A stretch of 64,000 nucleotides of DNA from Octopus vulgaris (taxonomy: Eukaryota): contig OX597822.1 of NCBI GenBank assembly GCA_951406725.2, positions 118,420,001 to 118,484,000 on the forward strand, in the 5' to 3' direction. The stretch's first letter is position 1; the number at the start of each line of letters is the position of its first letter. The notes beneath the pieces were generated by a model, which was given only the letters and a program-made list of their open reading frames with translations, did no database searches and was not told the origin of the DNA. The position numbers and the translations under genes are program-made. Positions 50,001 through 63,647 of this stretch are shown piece after piece.

Positions 50001-52159
50001 TGTCACACACTCACGCACACACACACACACACGCACCCTCACACACATGCACACACACACACACACTCACACACATGCACGTTAGCTTACAATTTTATTT
50101 ATATATTTGTGTGTCTATGTGTGTAAAGAGGAAGTGGGAGGCAGAGTGAAAGAGTCACTCACTACAGAAAGTGAATTACTTTCATTTTATTCGTTGCACA
50201 CTGTGTGTGTGCGTTTGCGTGTGGTGTAAACCACATTAAGAAAAGCATTTGACTTACACACCAGAATGTGAGTTTTCTGTAAATTTTGCTTAATTGGAGT
50301 TCAAATTTTAAAAACTGGACCTGGCATGACCCGATGCATTGTACTCTTAAAAATGCTAGGTAAATTGTAATTGAAGAAATCCTATATTGTAGATTTCTAT
50401 AACTGACAAAGGGAAGCAGATAAAATCTGCCTTTTATAATAAGAGATAGAGAGAGATATTTATTGTTTTAAATTGTTTCTTTGCTAAATTAAATATGTTT
50501 TAACCCTTTTGTTATCATATTTCTTTTAAAATACACTTTTGTATCAATTAAAATTTTGAAAATATTGAAGTGTTTAGTAAAAGAACTTTGTCGTTATTGA
50601 GTTAGTGTTTGGAATGTCAATCAACGACAAATTATGATGGAATATTTCAATTTAGATCACTCAAACATTGTTGCTATCATATTCCTCTTCTAATATATTG
50701 CTTTTGTTTCAATTCATTTTGAAAATAATGAAGAATTTAATAGAATAACTTTGTCAATATTAAACTAGCATTTAAAACACATGAAATTTTGATGGCAGGC
50801 TTTTACTCAAATCACTTTAAAACAGGAAGCTTGTATCAGAAATAGGGGTAGTGTCTAGGCTGGTTGGTATTTACTGAAACCTGGTTAAATAGTTAAAGAC
50901 TCACTTTACCATTCTCCATTCATGTATTCAACAAGATGTTCTGCTATTGGTTGATTGTCCCTAACACCCACCCATCCATGTTCCTGGATTTTTGAAATGC
51001 ATTCAATCATTTTGTTTTTTACCATTTCCACTCTAATACACAAACCAACACTTCGGATCTGTTCTCTCACTCTCTTTCTTTCTCTCTGTCACATACTCTC
51101 CCTATGTCTCTCTCTCTCTCTCTCTCTAATTATCTCTCTTTTAAACATTCTTCCCTTTTCTATGGTTGGTATAATTTGCAATATTTTTCTTTTTCTTTTT
51201 TTTTAGTTATCTCATGTTTAGAATTGATACTAATGATGTTTGCTTCCTGTTAGCATTGAAAATCCTAATCTCTCTGTTCAGATTAATTGCTGGGCCATCA
51301 TATCTGCTGGAATCCTATTCCTGCAAGCAAAACAACCCAAGGGAATAATAGTTATTTACCGGAGAAAATTCTTCCTACTTTTTTTCTTCTATTTTATCAA
51401 AATCAATTTTCTCCTTTATCGCTTTCTAATGAGCTTTTTACTTGCTAAACGAGATCCATAATTTCAATTACTACTTTTTCTTTTTGTCAATTATATTCTT
51501 GGTGGAAGTTAGACAATAGGAAAAAAAAATAACACGATGGAATAGAAAGGAAGGAAAAAATTATTTGGTGTGTATAAAACAATTTAACGACCTCATTATC
51601 GCCCGTTAGCATGTTTTGGTGCAATGAAATAAAGGAAGAGACCAATTTCCACGAATAGTAGCATGGAAAGGTTTATAGTCCTCTCTGAACTGGCTTCATT
51701 AAGAATTTCTAAACGAGGTGAATTATCTTGCTTCTATCGTAGTGAAACCTACTAATTATGAACGTGAAGATTCTTAGTTGAAACTCCAATTCTATTCATT
51801 CTGGGGGTATGGAGATGTAACTATTTTTATTTATTCTTACACACATTTATCCATCTTGTCATGAGATTGTTATTGTTAGGGCATATGTGATATATATATA
51901 TATATACATACACACACACACACACACACATATGGAGGCTAGTACTGTGAAACTGTGAGTTATTAATTTAGATATCTCTTTTACTCTTTTATTTGTTTCA
52001 GTCATTTGACTGTGGCCATGCTGGAGCACTGCCTTTAGTCGAGCAAATCGACCCCAGGACTTATTCTTTGTAAACCTAGTACTTATTCTATCAGTTCTTT
52101 TGCTGAACCGCTAAGTTACAGGGACATAAACACACCAGCATCAGTTATCAAGCAATGTT

Positions 52160-52196
<37 letters not shown>

Positions 52197-53923
52197 CATA
52201 CACGATGGGCTTCTTTCAGTTTCCGTCTACCAAATCTACTCACAAGGCTTTGGTCGTGCAGTGGGACTGAACCCAGAGCCATGTGGCTGGGAAGCAAGCC
52301 TCTTACCCTACCCCCATGCCTGTACCTTGTGTGCAATTTTGTGCATCTGCTTAGTGATTCTCACTTTGTTGTTTCTGCTAGTACAACAGAGTCTGCGTTT
52401 TGCTGCGGAGGTGTAATAATACCACACATGCTAATTCATTTCCTTTCCTGAAGTGATTAGAATAATACCAGTCACTAATTTGAGCGAATGGGTTTTTCCC
52501 TGTTGCAACACTTATTAAATTACTGTTGAAGTAGTTACATTTTTATAACTAAACATCTCTCTCTCTCTCTCTCTTCTACTGCTATTGACCTAACCAGGAA
52601 GTGGCTTTGAAACCTAATTCAAGATCCAAGCACATGACCATGTGATCTCTTAGCCTAACAACTTCTGTTCTTCTGACATGAAATGTTTTTGATGAATTGA
52701 AATTTCCAAATAAATCAGTCAATGGTCAACTAGGACCCCAGTATCCTCATCATTTTAATGTCCTCTTTCCGATCCTTGCATGGGCCAGATGGAATTCATT
52801 GAGGCATTTTTTTTTTATGGCTGGATACCCTTCCTGCCACCAACCCTTCACTTGTTTCCAAATAAGGTAAATATTTTTTCCGTGGCTGGACAAGTTTTCA
52901 CAGACGATTTGAAGTGAATGACACTGCTTGTGTAACAATAACACTTGTTTGCAGCTATTTTGCAAAAGTTGACGCTAGAAGCAACATAAACACACATGAA
53001 TACATACAGAGATACACATATATAATACACACACACACACATATACATTATATATATATATATAAAATTCTATATGTGGCTGAAGATTGCTCAACATTTT
53101 AAAACTGATGTAATACTTACAGTGTTTAATAAAATGAAGTAGCATAAAACGATTGTACTACACTACCTTGGATATCCTTGTTGCTTATTTTGATTATAAT
53201 CACGCCATGGATTTATATGGATAATACCATACTAAATTCTGGTGCCTTTAACTTAAGTACCATATTCATCTGAATCTAAATTTTGCTGAACTTATATATA
53301 TATATATATATAAAGGGAAAGTTTACGAAAATAAACAAAAGACAAAGGCAGGTGGTGTACAAACAAACAAATGTATTAGTATGGTGCTCAGGAATAGAAA
53401 AAGTCTTTTACGTTTCGAGTCTCCGCTCTTGGACAGAAAGATACACAGAAAAAAACAAGGAGAGAAACGATGCGGGAAAAAAAATGTATGTAGTAGCTAA
53501 TGATCTATCATGGCGTCTATATATATAGAGAGAGAGATAGATAGACAGATAGATAGATATAGATATGTATGTATAATAGATAGTTGAGGAGTTGGTATAG
53601 GTTTTTGGATTTGGTTTGCAAGATTCTTTATATGAGTTTGTGTGATGAAGCATATTCTGTTGTGTCTGGGGAGAGTCATTCTCTTTTTGTGCCTTATTAT
53701 GTAACACACTCACCAGTAAAATTTCCACTTATTTCTTTTTTTTTCTTTTTAATAATATATATATACTACACTCACGGAGTGGTTGGCGTTAGGAAGGGCA
53801 TCCAGCCGTAGAAACACTGCCAGATTTGACTGGGCCTGATGAAGCCTTCTGGCTTCACAGACCCCAGTAGAACCGTCCAACCCATGGAAAATGGACGCTA
53901 AATGATGATGATGATGATGATTA

Positions 53924-53956
<33 letters not shown>

Positions 53957-53958
<2 letters not shown>

Positions 53959-55182
53959 GACATGCAGGAAGTAAACAGACACCTTTAATTTTCAAAATCT
54001 TTTATTTAATGTGCAAAGTGAAACAATTGAAATGTAATCGATAGGTAGGACTACATACTTTAGTATTTAGTTGACATTCCCTTTGCAGTTTTTAATTCAG
54101 AAACTCTTTTTGGCATTGAACTGATGAGCCTTGTGATAATGCAAACATCGAAACAATTCATCTTTAGATTTAGGTTTCTGTCGAGTTTTCTGTATAGCTC
54201 TATCTAGTATGCTCCAAAGATTTTCAATTGGGTTCAGGTCAGAAGATTGGCTCGCCCAAGGAAGCTTTTTGATCCCATTTTCAATCAACCATTGTTGATT
54301 CCTTTTCACAGTGTGGCATGGAGCCCCATCTTCCATGAATAAAAACTCATTTTTCATTATGCTATCATATGCATACATCGGAAGAAGTCCTTGCTTAAGT
54401 ATTTCGATGTATTTTTCAGAGTTTATGGTTCCAACACATTCAATCAGCTCAGAACGACCATTGCTAGTGACAGCTCCCCGTACCATTACAGAGATACCGC
54501 CATGTTTCACAGTTGGTTGGAGTCATTTCAAATCAAATTCTTTATTGGAAGCCTCCAGACCCAAACATGTCCACTGTCTGAAAATAATGTAAATCTGGAT
54601 TCATCTAAGAAAATCACTCTATCCCAAAATGAACTGGATTTTTCTGACATCTCCTTAACCCATTTCTTTCTTTTCATGACATTAATTGGTTGAAGGAGAG
54701 GTTTTCTTCTCGCTGCTCGTCCATAATACCCAAGCTTATGCAGATATATAACACACGTTCTTGGACTAACTTGTAGCTGTTTTGCAATGTCAGAAGCCTT
54801 CGAACAGAGGTTCGTTTTCCACAATTCTTTTCAAACAGCAAAGCTTCCTTTCTGAGGGCCCAGAATCTGTTAATTCTTTTCCTTGGCTTTTGAATAGCAC
54901 TATAATTCTATTAACAGTAGCAAGAGGAATTTGAAGATTTTCAGCAATTTTTCACTGGCTAAGACCATCCTCAGATTGCTCAACAACATAACCTCTTTGA
55001 AAATCTGACAGTTCTGCTGAATTTTTTGTGCGTGCCATGGTTACTCTTCGCAAATGTTTAATATAATGGTACCTGGAATGAAAAAGAATAATTACATTGT
55101 ACATTCTACACCGCTGAAAACATTAAGATGCTTAAATCAGAAATTTGGAAAATTAAAGGTGTCAATTTACTTCCTGCATGTC

Positions 55183-55184
<2 letters not shown>
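53957..55184 (-). mobile_element. Tc1 DD34E DNA transposon, near full length, pseudogenised
   Basis: TIRs CAGACATGCAGGAAGTAAA.. / ..TTTACTTCCTGCATGTCTG. ATG at 55038 (MARTKNSAELSDFQRG). [16 protein letters not shown]-(34)-NPIENLW. Stops and frameshifts present. Confidence 0.93.
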
Positions 55185-55220
<36 letters not shown>

Positions 55221-55221
<1 letters not shown>

Positions 55222-56474
55222 TCAACAATGAAGCCTTCGGCACCATCCTCCAAAACATACCCCTCCTAAAAAAAGACCACAGAATAAACACAATCCTCCA
55301 AACACACACGATCATAAAAAGTAAGAGACAGCCTAAATCTATGAAAAGTCTCCTAACACAAGCCCGAATACACTCTTCAACACAGAAGCCAACAGTAAAA
55401 AAATGTGGAAGACCCAATTGCGGGATATGCGATTATCTAATTGAGGGATCAGAGTTCTCCTTCAAACAGGGACAACGGTTTACAGTGAAAAGCAACTTCA
55501 CATGTGCTTCGGAGAACCTGATATACACACTAACCTGCTCTGGGTGTCAAGAGCAGTACATAGGTCAAACAAAAAATAGTTTGTGCAAAAGAATGGCCCT
55601 GCACAGATCCCAGATAAAAATTCCCCAAAACAGAAAAATAGCTTTCAGCCAACACATAGATACTTGTGCCAACAACAAAACACCAGGCTTCAGGATTTTC
55701 CCCCTCTACCAATTCAGGGACGATACAACCTCGAGACAACGAATAAGTAAAGAAACTCTCTTTATTACAAAATACAGGCCACTTCTTAACGGGTCTACGA
55801 CAAACGACTTTAGAATAACACAAATACACCCGCAAATATTACATTCCAAAGAATCCATTACAAATCAGCCCCAATCACAGCTATAATCCATAACGTGCCA
55901 ACTTCAAGTCATACAACACCTCACTACTTCAACTCATTCATATTCTCCCTTCTCTTTCTTCTTCCTCTTCTTCTTCATCATCATCATCATCATCATCATC
56001 GTCATCATCATCACCATCATCATCATCTTCTTCTTCTTCTTCTGCTCCACCTTCTACTTCTTAACTTTATCACTAATGCTTTTTAGTATAACACCTTCGC
56101 AAATTCCATAAACAAACCTTTCAATAGAAATATTCTCCTGAATTGAACTGCAACTGACCATTCAAAATACGACAACCAGGACACTCCCAAATTTTCCCAC
56201 TCCTTCTCATCATCCTTCTTCTTCTACCCTACCAAGAATTCACAAGGACCTGACCTCGAACACACAAGTGCAAACAAGAGAGACAGAGAAAGGCAGAAAC
56301 AAGGAAAATGCCACTTATATTTGAACACTATACAAATATTCCTTTAAAAAAATTTTCTTTTAATTTTTCTAAATTTAATTATTTAATCGTTATAGTTGAA
56401 AAGGTCTCAAAATGACCGAAACCGGTACTGAAATGTTCTTTATAAAATTATTTTAGCATTTTCTATCTTGACTT

Positions 56475-56476
<2 letters not shown>
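55221..56476 (+). mobile_element. 5'-truncated Penelope-like retroelement: GIY-YIG endonuclease + 3' region with hammerhead
   Basis: Open frame to 55886: CGRPNCGIC, FTCASENLIYTLTCSGCQEQYIGQT, RMALHRSQI, SQH, KETLFI..YRPLLN. Bounded by (TA)n on both sides. Confidence 0.9.
56388..56435 (+). ncRNA. Type I hammerhead ribozyme, U3-A8 variant
   Basis: CGTTATAG-TTGAAAA-GGTC-tcaaaat-GACC-GAAAC-CG-GTA-CTGAAATG. Palindromic ACCGGT helix III. Confidence 0.7.
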
Positions 56477-56516
<40 letters not shown>

Positions 56517-56719
56517 TAAAAATGTTAGTGTTATTTGATTTCTGAACGGTTTTGCTGCCCTTTTTTTTTATGTAGTTTGTTTTCTTTATTCACAAGTTTC
56601 TTTACTAAGATAGAGGCATGAGTAAAATTAGTAATAGAGAAATGAAAATAAAACTTTGGAAACAGCCTTAGGGGAGGTAATTGGGGAAGACTTGAAAGTC
56701 AATGTAAGGTAAAGTAAAT

Positions 56720-56916
56720 ATAACAAATAATCCAGAATCCTTGTCCAGTACCGGATCGATCCCGAAATCTAGTTACTTCATGCTAGACACGAGGCCAAAC
56801 ATTCCTGAAAGTTTCATCCAAATCCATCCAGTGGTTCTTGGGATATCTTGTCCATAGACAAACAAACAAGCATGACTGAAAACAACAGCTCCGCCTTCGT
56901 TAAGGTGGAGGTGATA
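56720..56916 (+). mobile_element. Helentron-associated (HINE/DINE-like) non-autonomous element 3' part
   Basis: AAGTTTCATCCAAATCC..., (ACAA)n microsatellite, terminal hairpin CTCCGCCTT-CGTT-AAGGTGGAG. Confidence 0.5.
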
Positions 56917-57444
56917 AAAAAAAATAATCAGCCATGCCACACACTTATGCATTTTAATCTGTCATTACTCACATCCCCAACATTTTCTCCCAGTCAGGAA
57001 GTTATTTAACCCTTTTGCATCTCCACAGGCCATATCCGGTCCAAGTATTTTATGTTCAAACTGCCAAGATCCAGCCTCTTACACCTACCCTACAATATCA
57101 TTCTAAAAATATACAACCACATCATTGAAATCTCAAAGCTATGAGATAATGCATGATTAATTCAAGACAATGTGAATAAATAAGCGTTACATTTGAAGGC
57201 GCGTGGCTTAGTGGTTAGAACATTCGGCTTATGATCGTAAGGTCGTGAGTTCAATTCCCAGCGACGTGTTGTGTCCTTGAGCAAGCCACTTTATTTCACA
57301 TTGCTCCAGTCTCCACTCAGCTGGCAAAAATGAAGTAGCACCTGTATTTCAAAAAGGAGCCAGCCTTGTCACACTCTGTGCCATGTTGAATCTCTTTGCG
57401 AACTACATTAAGGGTACACGTGCCTGTGGAGTGCTCAGCCACTT

Positions 57445-57735
57445 ATAATAATGAAATTATTGTATACAGTGCTTAGGTGCACCACAACTTGTCAGAAAGT
57501 GCATATAAAGTACATGCAGTAATGTAGAAATGTCTGGAAAGTGAACATGCTTGTGTGTGTATGGAGGGGAGAAAATCAGGTGTAGTGTTGGCGAATCTCA
57601 GGAAGCATGGAAGCCTTGAAGGATGCAGTGCTCCGACAACTAACAACCAATGCCGGCAGTTTGTTCCACGCTTCAGCAACTCTCAGCGTGAAAAAATGTT
57701 TCCTGAAGTCATGGGAGCTGTGCTGGTTTCTTACT
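57445..57735 (-). mobile_element. CR1-type LINE 3' end
   Basis: HSSHDFRKHFFTLRVAEAWNKLPA. Same family as 62060-62518. Confidence 0.85.
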
Positions 57736-58071
57736 TGCACATTAATTTCACAGGCAAGCTGTTCCATTGATCAGATCAACTGGAACCCTCATCGTCGTTA
57801 CCGACGGAGTGCTCCTACATTTTACAGAATAATGTGAATGCCCTTTAGGGTTAATGATTATAATCAATATCACTTTTCTTTTAGTCTAACAAATTCCATT
57901 CATAAGGCTTTGGTCATCCTCTAACCATAAGTAAAAGACTGACCCTGAAGCCATGGGGTTGGGAAGGAAGCTTGTTATTCACCCAACCATGCCTCTCATT
58001 ATCAATTTCCTCAATTTCTGTATTTGTATTGTAATTTATCTTTTCTTTTTTCCTTTTTGTTATTCAAATAG

Positions 58072-58233
58072 ATTGTTGTTGATGATGATCATCACAAGTC
58101 TTGGTCACTCTATGATGCAGGACCACGCAGTGTCCGTTGTCCATTGATCTTTTTCCCTCCAGCCAGTGGAACTGCTGATGTTTTTTTCAAACAAATTTTC
58201 GCCCTCTCAGCTGTTGGCTATAGAGTAATTGCT
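58072..58233 (+). CDS. SPG21: Maspardin coding exon 2 (162 nt)
   Basis: ag|[54 protein letters not shown]|gtaagt. Confidence 0.97.
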
Positions 58234-59813
58234 GTAAGTATCAACTGTGTTATTATTTTGGAAAGTCGGCCTTCAGTCCCCGAGTCAGAACCATAATCAA
58301 AAACTTACCAACCATAATCTTCCAGCTTCTTACTGAAGTGTAGTATATCAAGGACTACATTATCCAATGTAAGTTGGCTGCTCTTTCTAGCACCTCAAGC
58401 AACCATGTAGACCAGGTTGTGGGTTTGCCACATTGTCTCCTTCATCAAGGAACTTTATTTTCATTTTGCTCTAGTCTTAGCTGAAAGTATGGACCAGCCC
58501 GGTGCAGGTACCACTTTGTTTCCCTGCAGCTGCCACATCCTGGATATTCTTGAATTACATAAAGGGAGATGAAACGTAACAAATTTTTAGAAAACTGCAG
58601 TTTAGGGAAAGTATTTCACATTCAGGTAGCAAGAAAGTAAAAGGGCACCATTCGAGTGTGATCGTTACCAACGTCGCCTTACTAGCACCTGTGCCGGTGG
58701 CATGTGTAAAAAAATTTGAGCGAGGTCATTGCCAGTACCGCCTGACTGGCCCCCGTCCCGGTGGCACGTAAGAAGCACCCACTATACTTTTGGAGTGGTT
58801 GGCGTTAGGAAGGGCATCCAGCTGTAGAAACTCTGTCAGATCAAGATTGGAGCCTGGTGCGGCCATCTGGTTCGCCAGTCCTCAGTCAAAATCGTCCAAC
58901 CCATGCTAACATGGAAAGCAGACGTTAAACGATGATGATGATGATGATTATGTCTGTCACTGAAATTGTGTTGTCTTTTCTAGAAGCAGATCACTAAGTT
59001 CATCCTAATATCATAACAATGCTGCCCACTAAAAGCTTCAAATGACAATTTGCTGATCATGATGTGGTACATCTCCCTAACCTGTCCCTTACTTTAATAC
59101 AGCCGTCTAGTCCAGTGGTTCTCAACTTGGGGTCCATATAGCCCTTGAGGGTCTATATAAGATTTTGTTATTACTATTTATTTGCAATAAGCTAGTTATA
59201 TTTCTACAACACAAAATATTAAAATTTTTTTAATACAATTCCTAATAGGCATAGGAGTGGCTGTGTGGTAAGTAGCTTGCTTACCAACCACATGGTTCCT
59301 GGTTCAGTCCCAATGCATGGCGCCTTGGGCAAGTGTCTTCTACTATAGCCTCGGGCCAACCAAGCCTTGTGAGTGGATTTGGTAGACAGAAACTACCCTA
59401 CAATGTCATTATATTAATAATCACATCATGCATTATCTTGTAGTTCCAAGATAGTGCATGATTAATTTAAAACAATGTCAATGAATAAGTATTTCATTTT
59501 GCAGAAGAATCTGAATTCTAAAACAATTCCTAATAATTGGTGTGACTATTTATCTTTAGGATGACATTTTAGGGTAGGTGTGAAAGGCATGATCAGTCCA
59601 GCTTGAACAATAAAAAAAGAATATTTTGACTGGATATGGCCAGGTTAAATGCTAAAGGGTTAATGGTGCAATCATAACTGTGGTGCATTAATCTTACTTA
59701 TCTCTGAAGCCTGCAAAAGTCGTGGGCACTGCTCTTCTACTTTGACTAACTTTTCAATATTTTAATTTTATTTTATTATTTTTATCTGTATTATTGTTTT
59801 TATTGTTTTGCAG

Positions 59814-59894
59814 GTTGATTATCCTGTCTATTGGAATTTGAGAGAAATATGTGAAGGATTTCAAAAACTTCTAGATCACCTCCAACTTGATAAG
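59814..59894 (+). CDS. SPG21: Maspardin coding exon 3 (81 nt)
   Basis: cag|VDYPVYWNLREICEGFQKLLDHLQLDK|gtaaaa. Confidence 0.97.
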
Positions 59895-60422
59895 GTAAAA
59901 ATAAATAATTCAGAGCTGTATTTGGAAAAATAATTTTCAATTTCTAACAGAGCTGTTTTAAAATAAACATTTTGTACACAAATTTGTTTAAAGTAATTGT
60001 TATTGGAAACAGAAATAGCACATGGGAAGTCATAATCATTATTTTAACATCCATTTTTCTATGGGTCAGAAGAAATTTGTTGAGGTTGGTTTTTCTATGG
60101 CTGAATTTCCTGCTTGTTGCAGATATCCTTCCTGTCACCTTCTGTGCCTAGATACCCTCACCTGTTTCCAAACAAGGTGATAGTTTCCCACACATGGCCA
60201 GGAATATTTTTACAAAGTATATATATATATATACACACAAATATAGGGGGAGAATTCACAAAAAAAAACAAAAGACAAAAACAGGTGGTGTAGACAACAA
60301 ACAGATGTATTAGTTTAATGCTCGGGAAGTGAAAATGTCTTTAACATTTCGAGCCAACGCTCTTCCACAGGAAGAGAAAATAGAGAATGTGTAGTGGCTA
60401 GCAATTTATCATGGCGAACGGT

Positions 60423-60464
<42 letters not shown>

Positions 60465-61537
60465 TGGTTGTCTACTCCTTATGCAAGTCTGACCACTTCT
60501 TACACCATAGATCCATCATGGCATCTGATGTGGCTTTTTAAACCAGACAATGTATTGAAAAGTCATCTACATAGATTGCGTACCTGATTTGGACCACCAA
60601 GAGATGCAATTCAGTCCCGATCTTTTGTGGATCTTAAAATGTCTTCTGGGGCCTCTATTAGATTTGCAGACCTTATGGCATACACAGCATTGACAGGTGT
60701 GCACAGATATCTCAGCAGAGTTGTTGGTGGAGCTTCATTTTTCATGGATCCACAAATGAGATTTGAGCCCTGCAAAACAAAAGCATGGTCTGTCAGAAAC
60801 TCTGCACACAAAAAGGACACTGAGATTCACTTTGTTGTAATTATTCACATCAGGTCCCAAGGGTAACAAGTATGATTTAGAATGGTCAGTATTAAGTAGG
60901 AAGATTGAGATGTGAACTTTGCCCAGAGAAGTTACTCTTAATACTCGTTAGAGGATGGCATCTTAAATCAGAGACAGGAATTACCAATATCAATCTCATC
61001 ATTTAACATCCATTCTCCATACTGGCATGGGTTGGACAGTTCGACAGAACTGTCAAACCAAAGAGTTGCACCAGGAACTAAGTGTCTATGTTTACTAAAA
61101 AGGTAGTCCATTTTGTGTTAATGAAAAAGTATTATCCCATGCCCAGCCATACCAAGCAAGCAACAAACCTTGCCAACTGTGTCACACTGAATCCTAAACT
61201 AAATCGTAACTCTAAGTTAGGTTCTTTCCTGCAAACACAAACTCTTCAAATCTGAAAGACATTTCAAAACTATAAGATTCTCCAATGGCTAAAAATGACA
61301 ATCTCTCTCTCTCTCCTCTCTACCTTTCTACTAACATCAAACACTGCAGCTTTTCTCTCAAAGAAATTCTGCGACAATTGTCTAAGAGTTCTAGAATAAT
61401 ATCCATGAAGATTTTGTGCCTAAGGATCCATTTGTAGACTCATGCACATATAGGGAGAAGGTCCCTTGTGTATATATACATTTTTTAAAGCCAGGTTTAC
61501 AGGGAGCTTTATATACATCTCCAAGAAACCTTATATA

Positions 61538-62050
61538 CTGTAAATCCTCGAGTATAGTCCACCCTTGAGTATAATACGCAGGGAATGTTTAGGGGGCTGT
61601 ACCTCTGAAAAACTTAAACCTTGTGTATAATACGCACCCCTTCTCTAACTTGAGTCAAGGAGGTCTATGTAACATCCTTGGTTTGTAAAAATGTATACGG
61701 TAATGTCCTTTATTATTATTGTATATATAACATAATGCAAACGTGTAGCTTTTTTGTGCATTTTGTTTGCAGAAAATAAAGAAATAACAGTAATAACGTT
61801 TAATAAATGTTGCTTACTGCAAGTTATGGATGATTCTTTTAGGACTTCATTGCTTTCAGGCTTAGCTTAAGGTATTTTCTCACCCGACATCACAAATTGC
61901 GTCTGAATAAACATTGCCGGACAGCAAATATATAGACTCAGACATTGCTTAGAAAATAATTTTCATTTTTAACCTCGTATATAGTACGCACTAGGGATTT
62001 TGACCTTTAAATTTGGGGGGAAAATGCGGATTATACTCGAAGATTTATGG
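61538..62050. mobile_element. Tc1/mariner-superfamily MITE (TA TSD)
   Basis: TA|CTGTAAATCCTCGAGTATA ... TATACTCGAAGATTTATGG|TA. Homologous to 24200-24544. Confidence 0.85.
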
Positions 62051-62059
62051 TACCTTCCC

Positions 62060-62491
62060 CATGTAATTCATGTCCATCAACAAGCAAGCCATCAACGCAT
62101 ACCCTCCATCAGACACCTACCATATTCTGAGCGCCTTGTTTCCCTGGGCATGGATTCACTGAAGCTCCGGCGTCTGGCGACGGACTTGGTAAACACCCAC
62201 AAAGTTATCAACCACCTCACCAACAACAACACTGAACACCTTTTTGATCTCCATGTGTCTAACACACGTGGACATGCCTACAAAGTCAGAAAACAGCACA
62301 GCTCCCATGACTTTCGGAAACATTTTTTCACGCTCAGAGTTGCTGAAGCGTGGAATAAACTGCCTGCATCAGTTGTTGACTGCCATGACACTGCATCCTT
62401 TAAGGCCCTCATGCTTCCCGAAATCCGCCGAAACTACACCTGATTATATATACACTTTAGATGAGTTGTAGTGCACCTGAGCACTGTACAC

Positions 62492-62518
<27 letters not shown>
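62060..62518 (+). mobile_element. CR1-type LINE 3' end with (ATT)n tail
   Basis: LPYSERLVSLGMDSLKLRRLATDL...TRGHAYKV...RKHFFTLRVAEAWNKLP. Confidence 0.9.
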
Positions 62519-62522
<4 letters not shown>

Positions 62523-62661
62523 GCAGTAATTCTACGATTCTCTTTATTTCGAGTAATAACGGGTGGGCAACAAACACCTTGCAAAAGTTTTCCTTGTTTC
62601 CACCGATGAACAAAGAGTTACTTAACAGTAAAATAACTGAATTCTACCTTTGTTCCTGCAG

Positions 62662-62807
62662 GTCCATATATTTGGAGCTTCGCTTGGTGGTTTCATTGCC
62701 CAGAAATTTGCCGAATACACTTCCCGTTCACCAAGAGTTGCCTCCCTTATGCTTTGTAATTCTTTCAATGATACTTCCATATTCCAACAGACGTCTGCTG
62801 CACCAAC
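62662..62807 (+). CDS. SPG21: Maspardin coding exon 4 (146 nt)
   Basis: cag|[48 protein letters not shown](T)|gtaagt. Contains the alpha/beta-hydrolase elbow GASLG. Confidence 0.97.
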
Positions 62808-63647
62808 GTAAGTTTGGGGTTGTTTTTGCTTTTTGACCTCCCTTCCTTTAATCTTCAACAACCTCTGTTTTTTTCCCCCTCATTTCCAACTCAGGCTTTT
62901 AGTTGGCCCATGAAGTAGTAGAAGACACTTTCCCAAGGTGCCATGCAATAGGACTGAACCCAAAAACCGTGTGGTTTGGACACAAAATTCCTTAACCACG
63001 TAGCCATATATGTGCCTATGTATATATATATCACCGTGATCACCGTGACTGACCAGGCTATCAGATGTTGCTACACATCGCTGGTCACAATGCGCTTTGC
63101 ATTGTTTAAGCCTTCAAATGACTCCACCCCGCTGGCTAAGCAAGCAGGCCAACAGAAGAAAGAGTGACAGAAAGTTGCGGTGAAAGAGTACAGCAGGGAT
63201 CACCACCACCCCCTGCCAGAGCCTCGTGGAGCCTTTAGGTGTTTTCACTCAATAAACACACACAACGCCCAGTCTGGGAATCGAAACCGCGATCCTCCGA
63301 CCGCAAGTCCGCTGCCCATATATATATATATATACACCATTACAATTTAATATTTTGCCAGAAAATATTGTATTCTTGGGCACAGAATTTAATGAGTTAC
63401 ATTTACTTCTGTTGATATTGGTTGCTAATAGATGCTCGTTCCATTGGCTTTCAGCTGTAAAGCATTTCTGGTCCAAGAATCATTTAAAATGTGTTTTATT
63501 TTCAAGATAATCCTGACAAAAGTCAAGTGAAAAATGTATAAAAGACCTTTAATTAAATTAACGTGTATAATACTAAAAATGATACGTACTATTATATCAT
63601 ATACAACGTTAATGTATATACTAATAATATTCGTATTGTATTTTCAG

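Noticed and set aside
57197-57265. Additional tRNA genes (also ~4445, ~11725, ~43000-43070)
   Set aside because: tRNA-like SINE heads lacking an acceptor stem and continuing into SINE bodies.
62471-62836. Track ORFs overlapping SPG21 exons (also 57953-58147 and 63534-63731)
   Set aside because: Off-frame readings; the spliced maspardin frame explains the region.
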